A stretch of 64,000 bases of DNA from positions 19,761-83,760 of the forward strand of contig PEZQ01000003.1 in NCBI GenBank assembly GCA_002763265.1, given 5' to 3'. The position numbers were made by a program, and so were the translations under genes. The notes below the pieces were generated by a model. It did no database searches. It was given only the letters and a program-made list of their open reading frames with translations, and was not told the origin of the DNA. This document shows positions 57,435-64,000 of this stretch, one piece after another. The DNA comes from an archaeon CG10_big_fil_rev_8_21_14_0_10_43_11. Its GTDB lineage: Archaea > Nanobdellota > Nanobdellia > PEZQ01. Within the stretch, counting starts at the first letter, position 1. The number at the start of each line of letters is the position of its first letter.

Positions 57435-57583
57435 AATGTGACTTATGCAAAAAAACCATTCAAACAACCGTTCTTGAAAAACTAAACGGAACATATCTTG
57501 GGCGTGCAAAGAAGCGAAAAGCAGTTTGCAATGATTGCCAACGCCAAGGACACGAACAACTCGTAAAAAAGCTCAAAATATAA
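57431..57583 (+). CDS. Small zinc-ribbon protein (50 aa).
   Basis: MKCDLCKKT...VCNDCQRQGHEQ. Its start overlaps the srp54 stop in an ATGA arrangement. Confidence 0.35.
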   Translation: MKCDLCKKTIQTTVLEKLNGTYLGRAKKRKAVCNDCQRQGHEQLVKKLKI

Positions 57584-57641
57584 TCAAATGCGCAAAAGGA
57601 AAAAGCTTTAAAAGCACATGCCTGTTAAGAGTGAGGTAATC

Positions 57642-57929
57642 ATGAAGCCGTCAAAAGGTCTTAAGCGCAGAACGCGCTCAGCATTTCGTCTTAGACGCAG
57701 AGATAGAGGTAAGCTTAAGATTTCAGATTTGTTCAAACAGTTTAAAGAACAAGACACGGTTTTAATCGTTCCAAACCCCAGCTATCAACGCTCAATGCCT
57801 CACAGACGTATTCACGGCAAAAAAGGCATTATCTCAGGAAAACGCGGAAGAGCCTATCTTGTCCGCGTTTTTGAGGGAAATAAGGAAAAAAAGTTTATAA
57901 TTGCATCAGCTCACTTGCGAGGTAACTAA
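57642..57929 (+). CDS. rpl21e: Ribosomal protein L21e.
   Basis: MKPSKGLKRRTRSAF...SMPHRRIHGKKGIISGKRGRAYLVRV. The start was moved to the internal Met matching L21e N-termini. Confidence 0.8.
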   Translation: MKPSKGLKRRTRSAFRLRRRDRGKLKISDLFKQFKEQDTVLIVPNPSYQRSMPHRRIHGKKGIISGKRGRAYLVRVFEGNKEKKFIIASAHLRGN

Positions 57930-57933
57930 AACA

Positions 57934-58272
57934 ATGGGAAGCATCACAATCATACAAAAAGAACCACTCACTATTGCTGAAGTGCAAAACGCGCTTAGCA
58001 AACGTGCTGATGCTGAACGCAACTACGAGCAGAAACTCGTATGGGAGCACGTAAGCAAGTTTAAGAAATTAGGAGTCAGAGAAGCGCGAAAACTCGTTGA
58101 AGAACTCCAAAAACTCGAACTGCGACGCCTCAAAGACGAACATATCATTCAAATCGTTGACGTGCTGCCAAAAAACCTCAAAGAACTCAAAAGCATATTC
58201 GCAACCGCGAAATTCAACCTGCACGAAGATGAGTACAAACAAATCATAGACGTTGTGAAGAATTATGTGTGA
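57934..58272 (+). CDS. rpoF: DNA-directed RNA polymerase subunit Rpo4/F (Rpb4-like).
   Basis: 112-aa helical protein in the conserved archaeal rpl21e-rpoF-DUF655 order. The start was set to MGSITII. Confidence 0.6.
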   Translation: MGSITIIQKEPLTIAEVQNALSKRADAERNYEQKLVWEHVSKFKKLGVREARKLVEELQKLELRRLKDEHIIQIVDVLPKNLKELKSIFATAKFNLHEDEYKQIIDVVKNYV

Positions 58273-58286
58273 AGACGTGAAACAAC

Positions 58287-58826
58287 ATGAAACAAACCGA
58301 AACGCAAGCAATAGTATTGGATTTTCTTCCTCATGGACATCCCTTCGAGGAACGAAGAATACCAATAGCGCAAGTTGTCGGCTTACAGCATTTTACCATT
58401 CTTGAAGTTATTCCTAAAAAAGACGTGTTTCTCAAACCCGGTGATGATGTCTACATTGGGGAAGATAAGCGCGAAAAAATTCACCACGTAAAAGGGCGCG
58501 TAAAAATCAAAGACCTCACGAGAACTGCTCAAGCAGAACTCAAAAGCGTGATAGAAGAGGTAGTCACGCGCGACGAGAAAAAATACGTTGATTTTTTCAA
58601 CAAATCAGGACCAATTAGCACCAGACTCCACCAAGTAGAACTCTTGCCAGGCATTGGCAAAAAACACATGTGGAAAATCATTGAAGAGCGACGCTATGAA
58701 CCGTTTGAAAGCTTCAAAGACTTGCAAGAACGGGTAGATCTCTTACCTGACCCAAAACAAGCCATTGTCAAACGTATTCTCGAAGAGCTTGATGACCTTG
58801 ACAAATACAAACTTTTCACCGCATAA
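58287..58826 (+). CDS. DUF655-family protein with a helix-hairpin-helix motif.
   Basis: LLPGIGKKHMWKIIEER HhH motif and the conserved position after rpoF. Confidence 0.65.
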   Translation: MKQTETQAIVLDFLPHGHPFEERRIPIAQVVGLQHFTILEVIPKKDVFLKPGDDVYIGEDKREKIHHVKGRVKIKDLTRTAQAELKSVIEEVVTRDEKKYVDFFNKSGPISTRLHQVELLPGIGKKHMWKIIEERRYEPFESFKDLQERVDLLPDPKQAIVKRILEELDDLDKYKLFTA

Positions 58827-58898
58827 ACCTCACGCTTGAGTCAAGCAGGAAAAGCAAAAAAAATAAAAGAAACTGAATAAACAACTGCTTGCGCACGT

Positions 58899-59147
58899 TT
58901 ATTCAGGAGAGATTAAAACGATTGTGTCTCCGCGCAAGAACAATTTACCCATATTGCGAATAGGCTTATTGTCATCGCTTAATTCTTGCGCTTCTTCAAG
59001 AACCGTATTGATATGAATATCAAATGACTTGAGCAAGCCGGAGAATTTTTGTTTATTTTTAAGTTCAATCATGACACGCTTATCGCGTGCCGCGTTGAGT
59101 GCGTCTAAAGGTCTATCAGTTGTCATTATTTTTTCACCATAAAACAA
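58899..59147 (-). CDS. Sm-like archaeal protein (LSm/SmAP).
   Basis: RPLDALNAARDKRVMIELKNKQKFSGLLKSFDIHINTVLEEA...LFLRGDTIVLISP matches the Sm1 and Sm2 motifs. Confidence 0.8.
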   Translation of the reverse strand: MFYGEKIMTTDRPLDALNAARDKRVMIELKNKQKFSGLLKSFDIHINTVLEEAQELSDDNKPIRNMGKLFLRGDTIVLISPE

Positions 59148-59217
59148 AGTGGTTTTGTACTAACCACGCAAAAAACACCAAACCAATATAAGCTTATCGG
59201 AATGAAGAAAAACGCGG

Positions 59218-59865
59218 TTACCTGCGTTTTTTTGCGGTTTTTGAGCAGATATAGTATGCATACCACAGAGGAATGCCCACAACAACTAACCAGATGATAA
59301 ACGTGTATGATGGATGAAACATACTGCTTGCAATCCAGTGCGGGTTAGTCCAATCAGTAACCGTTCCAATAATGGCAAGCACAACCAAGCCAACACCAAC
59401 CAGCACGGTTCGCACACGCGTGGCTTTTTGCGCCCAACTTGCAATCCACAAAAGAGTCATACCACCCCACCCAAATGAAGCGGTAACAATAAGCGGCGCA
59501 GGAAATAAAGAAGGCACGCTAAAGCGCCAAAAACCAGGAAGCACGCCCCCATTCTCAACAATAAATGAGACAATAAACGTTAACACACCCACTTTCCACA
59601 CGTGGCGTATTAACACACGAGGCGGTGCTAATAGTATGAATGTGATAAACGGTGCAAGAAAGGTTGCACCATATAATGTGCTATAATACACAAGTGCGCT
59701 ACTGCGTGTTGGATTAAACATGAGATACGCGTGCAAGAACCACACGGTAATTATTATTACTGCTGATAACAATAATGAAAGCACGCGTGCACGGGGCGTT
59801 GAAATGCGGGCGTACACTCGCGTTACAAAAATATGTTCTCCCACAAATAACACATGAACGGGCAT
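59218..59865 (-). CDS. Polytopic membrane protein, unknown function.
   Basis: 215 aa, about six TM helices. Confidence 0.4.
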   Translation of the reverse strand: MPVHVLFVGEHIFVTRVYARISTPRARVLSLLLSAVIIITVWFLHAYLMFNPTRSSALVYYSTLYGATFLAPFITFILLAPPRVLIRHVWKVGVLTFIVSFIVENGGVLPGFWRFSVPSLFPAPLIVTASFGWGGMTLLWIASWAQKATRVRTVLVGVGLVVLAIIGTVTDWTNPHWIASSMFHPSYTFIIWLVVVGIPLWYAYYICSKTAKKRR

Positions 59866-60035
59866 ACTTTATAACGTTGCTTGAAAGACTCGAAAATGAG
59901 CATCCGCTCAATTGTTTTGTTCATGCTGACAAGGCAGAATACAGCCGCGTAAAACTTACTAGCAGAAGAATTGGCACAACCAATAATTCTCACCCAAAAC
60001 GTTTTTAAAGAACACAGCAATTAGTTTCGAGAGTA

Positions 60036-60452
60036 ATGGTAACCTGGCAAGGTAAGTCAAAACGAAAACCAAGCGGCGGAAAGCTTCGCACCTGGCGCAA
60101 GAAACGCAAGTTCGAAATGGGACGTGACGCAGCGCTCACCAAAATCGGCGAGATAAAACAAAAGCTTATTCGCGTGCGCGGCGGCAACAACAAACGCAGG
60201 GCTTTAAGCCTGCCCGAAGTCATGTTCTATGATGCTAAGACTAAAAAAATGCAAAAAGCAAAAATGATTAACGTGGAGCAGAATCTTGCAAACCGCCACT
60301 ACAAACGAGCAAACATTATCACCAAAGGTGCGATTGTCAACACTGATAAAGGCATTATCAAAATCACAAACAGACCGGGACAAGAAGGCATTGCCCAAGG
60401 CGTTAAAATCGAGTTTGAAGTTGCTCAAAAAACGCGCTCAAAAAAGGGGTAA
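60036..60452 (+). CDS. rps8e: Ribosomal protein S8e.
   Basis: QGKSKRKPSGGKLRTWRKKRKFEMGRD...RVRGGNNKRRAL. Confidence 0.85.
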   Translation: MVTWQGKSKRKPSGGKLRTWRKKRKFEMGRDAALTKIGEIKQKLIRVRGGNNKRRALSLPEVMFYDAKTKKMQKAKMINVEQNLANRHYKRANIITKGAIVNTDKGIIKITNRPGQEGIAQGVKIEFEVAQKTRSKKG

Positions 60453-60541
60453 ACGCGTATTTTAAGCATTTTTAAGAGAAATTCCCGAACCGAAATGTTT
60501 AAAAATGATAAGCGGGAAACATTTATAAATTAAGTTTATGC

Positions 60542-61486
60542 GTGGTGCAAAGTATAATGCAAAGCGATGAATGTCCTGATTGTGGTGGAAAGCTCATCTC
60601 AGACGATGTCCGGGGTGAAGTAACCTGTGCAAAGTGCGGTATGGTCGTTGACAAGAATATTCTTGACTATGGTCAGGAGTGGCGTGAATTCAACTGGGAC
60701 CAATCGCAAAACCGCAGACGAAGCGGAACACCCTCAAGCTTTACTAAATCAGATAAGGGTATGACCACTGAAATTGGTAAAACCTCAGATATTTATTCTC
60801 TTTCAAGTGATAAACGAAAACAATTCTTTATCATGCGAAAATGGCAACGACGCATTTCAACACCTATTGAGCGTAACATCAAATTTGCACTCACTGAACT
60901 GCGTCGCGTTTCAGCGCAACTCAATCTGCCAAACATTATTACTGAAGAATCAGCACGACTCTACCGCATTGCTGCAGAAAACGGTCTTGTAAGAGGCCGT
61001 TCAATGGAAAGCGTTGTTGCTGGAGCAACCTACATTGCGTGCAAGAAATATAATGTTCCTCGAACTCTTAAAGAAATTGCAGATGTATTTCCTCTTGATA
61101 TTAAAGATGTTGGAAAAACATACCGGTTCATTTGCCGGCAACTTGGCATCAAAATCCTGCCACCAAACCCGCTTGACTACGTGCACCGATTTGCAAACGA
61201 CTTGGAACTTCCCGCAGAAGTGCAGACCAAAGCAATTGAAATAATCATGGACGCGCAGCACAAAGAAATCACCAGCGGAAAAGGTCCAACAGGCATTGCA
61301 GCAGCAGCACTCTACATTGCGTCACTTATTGTTGATGAGAAAAGAACCCAGCGCGAAGTTGCAGATATTGCTGGCGTGACTGAGGTTACGATTCGAAATC
61401 GCTACAAAGAGCTTATCAAGAAATTGAACCTTGAAGAGAAGGTCGATAAGCTCCACGCTCTTGAACTTAAAGAGGAAGCAGTATAA
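60542..61486 (+). CDS. tfb: Transcription initiation factor IIB (TFB).
   Basis: An N-terminal zinc ribbon CPDCGG...CAKCG, a B-reader/linker and two cyclin repeats. A tttataaatt TATA element lies about 25 bp upstream. Confidence 0.9.
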   Translation: MVQSIMQSDECPDCGGKLISDDVRGEVTCAKCGMVVDKNILDYGQEWREFNWDQSQNRRRSGTPSSFTKSDKGMTTEIGKTSDIYSLSSDKRKQFFIMRKWQRRISTPIERNIKFALTELRRVSAQLNLPNIITEESARLYRIAAENGLVRGRSMESVVAGATYIACKKYNVPRTLKEIADVFPLDIKDVGKTYRFICRQLGIKILPPNPLDYVHRFANDLELPAEVQTKAIEIIMDAQHKEITSGKGPTGIAAAALYIASLIVDEKRTQREVADIAGVTEVTIRNRYKELIKKLNLEEKVDKLHALELKEEAV

Positions 61487-61505
61487 GTTTCTTTTTTCCC
61501 TTTTT

Positions 61506-62594
61506 TTATGTTCTCAATGCTTTTTTAATATCAGCAACGCATGCGTTTGTTCGGATACCTTGGGGAGAAAAATGTGTTTTTGACGCGCGAAAACCTTTTT
61601 TTTCAAGCTGTGCAATTAACACATCCCGTTTTTTGTTCTTTCCTGTTTTTGAAAACAGATTTGGCAAATGATAAAACCCTGCTGTTTTGATTTGAGCGTC
61701 ACGTTCAATAGCGTTCCACAATGCAGTCTTGTTCGGGCTCTCAAACGGCGCGTTCTTAAAATATGCCATGAGCGTGTCATCCCAGAGCGGTCCAAGCCAG
61801 AGTGGACCCATAACCGTGCCATATGCTTTTTTTCCAGGAATATATACCCCGCGCTCAAGAGTTTTGAAATTGTGCTGGAAGTATCCAATCTGGGAAAGAA
61901 GCTCGTTAGAGCGCGTGGCGCCTTGGCGCGCTCCAAAATACACGCGCATATAATCCCTACGTGCATACGAGAAGAGAGGGGTAAGTGCAATATCATACTT
62001 TGCAGCAGCAAGAATCACGCTCTTGATAAGTATGCGCACGCCAAGCTCATGACAATACGCAGTCTTTAGTGGAATAGACGCGTACTTTCTCATACACGCT
62101 TTTGGATACGAGCCGCATAAGGCAGAGGAATCAGTTGCTGTTATGGCAAGCACACCATTTTTTTTGCGAAGCTTTAAAAGAGCTGATTCAAGAAAGGGCA
62201 TGGGCGTTCCAAACGGGTCAATATCAATATAATCAAATGAGCCGCGATAGTTTTTTAAAAATCGATTTGCATCATCATTGTGCACCTCAACTGAGACCTT
62301 ATTTTTCTTCGCGTTTTCTTTTATAAGCGCGCACGCATCAGGATTGATGTCATTGAGCGTCATTACCATGCCCCTTTCTTTTGCAAGGCGAATCCCGCGA
62401 ACTCCGCTTGCAGCAAGCAGTTCAAGACCGGTCTTAACCTCAAATGCGTCAGTGAAGTAGCGCATGAGCATGACATTAAGGTCGCGGTCAATTGCTTTAT
62501 CGGGATTATAAAATACATCAAGCTTTTTTGAAATCGTGCCGCTAAATGCATGAAATTCTGCTTTGCCTTCTTTGAATGTTGTTTTTGTACTCAT
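61506..62594 (-). CDS. trm1: tRNA (guanine26-N2)-dimethyltransferase Trm1.
   Basis: VFYNP, DINP, DANRF and FDYIDIDPFGTP motifs with a C-terminal Trm1 domain. Confidence 0.88.
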   Translation of the reverse strand: MSTKTTFKEGKAEFHAFSGTISKKLDVFYNPDKAIDRDLNVMLMRYFTDAFEVKTGLELLAASGVRGIRLAKERGMVMTLNDINPDACALIKENAKKNKVSVEVHNDDANRFLKNYRGSFDYIDIDPFGTPMPFLESALLKLRKKNGVLAITATDSSALCGSYPKACMRKYASIPLKTAYCHELGVRILIKSVILAAAKYDIALTPLFSYARRDYMRVYFGARQGATRSNELLSQIGYFQHNFKTLERGVYIPGKKAYGTVMGPLWLGPLWDDTLMAYFKNAPFESPNKTALWNAIERDAQIKTAGFYHLPNLFSKTGKNKKRDVLIAQLEKKGFRASKTHFSPQGIRTNACVADIKKALRT

Positions 62595-62669
62595 AGGTTA
62601 CTCAAGAGCGCAACGCATAGCAATAAAAAGCTTATTAATTACAACAGCTCCAAGAATGCAGTAGAAACC

Positions 62670-62957
62670 ATGAATAATTCAGTCAAAAAAATAGCAAAAA
62701 AACGCATGCACACCCTGCTTGAACTCGCGCGCGAAGATGAAAAACATGCAAAGCGCTATATTGAACTTGCAGAAAAAATTGGCATGAAAGCACGAGAGAG
62801 CATGCCAAAAGAACTTAAGCTCACCTATTGCAAGACCTGCAAAACGCCGTACTCCTCAAAAACGGTTCGCATCAGAATCAATAACAAAAAACTCACCTAC
62901 CACTGCTTGCTTTGCGACACCACAAAACGCATCCCGCTCACACCAAAAAAAGAGTGA
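62670..62957 (+). CDS. rnp4: RNase P protein subunit Rpp21/Rpr2.
   Basis: A basic N-terminal helix (KRMHTLLELAR...) and the zinc ribbon CKTCKT...CLLCDTTKRIP. The start was moved to MNNSVKK because the track ORF begins inside the divergent trm1 gene. Confidence 0.65.
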   Translation: MNNSVKKIAKKRMHTLLELAREDEKHAKRYIELAEKIGMKARESMPKELKLTYCKTCKTPYSSKTVRIRINNKKLTYHCLLCDTTKRIPLTPKKE

Positions 62958-63045
62958 TACCACACCAGCCCTCTTTGCTGAAATTTTGCAGTTAGATTCT
63001 TATCATGAAAACCTTTATAAAACCCTTGTAGTTTGTAATGTTCGC

Positions 63046-63477
63046 ATGGTAAGCACGTTTGACGTACACCCCACAAGGCTCATTGTAGAAGTGTCAGCTG
63101 CACTAAAAAACGTTGATGCAGTCAAAGCACCAGAAACCGTGCGCTTTGTTAAAAGCGGTGCACACGCACAAAGACCACCAGCACATCCTGACTTCTGGTT
63201 TATTCGCGCAGCATCAGTGCTTAGAACCATCTACAAGGATGGACCCGTTGGCGTATCAAAACTGCGAACCAAATATGGCGGGCGAAAAAATATGGGTGTT
63301 CGCCCAGAAAAGTTCAAGAAAGGCGGAGGCGCAATTATCCGACGTATCCTTGTGCAACTTGAACAAGCAGGACTAGTTAAAAAAGAAGTAAAAGGCAGAG
63401 TCATTACACCTGCTGGCGCGTCATTACTTGATAAGAGTGCAGCAAAACTTGCACGAACACAAAAACCCGCACAATAA
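63046..63477 (+). CDS. rps19e: Ribosomal protein S19e.
   Basis: MVSTFDVHPTRLIVEVSAALK...PDFWFIRAASVLRTIY...ITPAG. Confidence 0.85.
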   Translation: MVSTFDVHPTRLIVEVSAALKNVDAVKAPETVRFVKSGAHAQRPPAHPDFWFIRAASVLRTIYKDGPVGVSKLRTKYGGRKNMGVRPEKFKKGGGAIIRRILVQLEQAGLVKKEVKGRVITPAGASLLDKSAAKLARTQKPAQ

Positions 63478-63485
63478 CAAGAACC

Positions 63486-63773
63486 ATGGATTTAGAAGAA
63501 ATTCGCAAAAAAAAGCTTCAAAGCCTCAAAGAACAGGCAGAACATGAAGAAGCACGAAAAAATGTTCTCGCACAAACCCTCACCCCACAAGCCCGAGAAC
63601 GACTTAATACCGTGCGCATAGCGCACCCCGAACTCGCACAAACAGTTGAACTCACACTCATCCAAGCCCTTCAATCAGGGCAATTCGCAAAACGCGTTGA
63701 TGACGAAACACTCAAAGAATTACTCACCGCGCTTAAACCAAAAAAACGAGACTTCATCATACGAAGAAAATAG
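63486..63773 (+). CDS. PDCD5/TFAR19-like dsDNA-binding protein.
   Basis: 95-aa helical protein in the conserved position between S19e and L39e. Confidence 0.65.
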   Translation: MDLEEIRKKKLQSLKEQAEHEEARKNVLAQTLTPQARERLNTVRIAHPELAQTVELTLIQALQSGQFAKRVDDETLKELLTALKPKKRDFIIRRK

Positions 63774-63781
63774 GAGCAACA

Positions 63782-63955
63782 ATGGCAAGCAATAAAGTAC
63801 CCGCAAAAAAGAAACGACTCGCAAAAGCAACGAATAGTAATGTTGCCGCACCGTTTTGGGCAGTAATCAGAAAGCTTGGCAAGCGAAGAACGCACCGCTG
63901 GAGACTCAACCAACACATGCGAAGACACTGGAGAAGAAACAGCCTCAAAGTGTGA
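63782..63955 (+). CDS. rpl39e: Ribosomal protein L39e.
   Basis: MASNKVPAKKKRLAKATNSNVAAPFWAVIRKLGKRRTHRWRLNQHMRRHWRRNSLKV. Absent from the track because it is under 60 aa. Confidence 0.7.
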   Translation: MASNKVPAKKKRLAKATNSNVAAPFWAVIRKLGKRRTHRWRLNQHMRRHWRRNSLKV

Positions 63956-63961
63956 TTGACA

Positions 63962-64000
63962 ATGGAAAAACGAATTCATATTATTCCCTTACGAAAAAAA
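63962..64000 (+). CDS. rpl31e: Ribosomal protein L31e, 5' fragment. The gene continues beyond the window end.
   Basis: MEKRIHIIPLRK matches the L31e N-terminus (...IPLR...) and sits in the conserved position after L39e. Confidence 0.4.
   Translation, partial: MEKRIHIIPLRKK

Noticed and set aside
61616-62069. Overlapping ORFs of 74-133 aa on both strands inside trm1.
   Set aside because: The Trm1 assignment is strong, so these are shadow ORFs.
1-64000. CRISPR arrays, rRNA genes, transposases and integrases.
   Set aside because: I saw no regularly spaced direct repeats, no rRNA-like segments and no transposase or integrase-like ORFs. The only mobile-DNA signal is the methyltransferase remnant.

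Overview
This 64 kb window is an archaeal chromosomal segment at roughly 43% GC, densely packed with about 90 coding regions and two tRNA genes. No CRISPR array, rRNA or intact mobile element was seen. Archaeal identity follows from several families: archaeal/eukaryotic-type ProRS, ABCE1, deoxyhypusine synthase, TFB, SRP54, Trm1, RNase P Rpp21, Alba, Sm, and the conserved ribosomal-protein clusters L21e-RpoF-DUF655 and S19e-PDCD5-L39e-L31e. Metabolic and housekeeping genes (IlvE, DapF, Dut, a coupled ThyA-FolA pair, RNase Z, TatD, HAD, flavin reductases, CPA2 antiporter, MFS transporter) are interspersed with many large proteins of unknown function; the overall style resembles DPANN-like or other small-genome archaea. 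The most unusual region is 23.2-35.4 kb, a block of uncharacterised, mostly large proteins. It contains a 669-aa protein whose N-terminal about 230 aa is a proteasome-beta-like Ntn hydrolase with Thr1/Asp17/Lys33 spacing preserved, fused to an unknown roughly 440-aa domain. Four bases downstream sits a second 669-aa all-helical protein in the same operon. The block also holds two paralogous Pol-beta-type nucleotidyltransferase proteins, one translationally coupled to L35Ae, and a xylose-isomerase-like TIM barrel split by a roughly 330-aa insertion. Other notable items are a NOX/ferric-reductase-type flavocytochrome, a C5 DNA methyltransferase remnant in an AT-rich patch, a 693-aa coiled-coil protein with an N-terminal zinc ribbon, a possible degenerate Bud32/RIO-like kinase and two paralogous M50 proteases. 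Coordinates follow the supplied ORF track; where a start was refined it was moved in-frame to an internal Met. Features not in the track (tRNAs, small ORFs, the methyltransferase remnant) are approximate to within a few bases.
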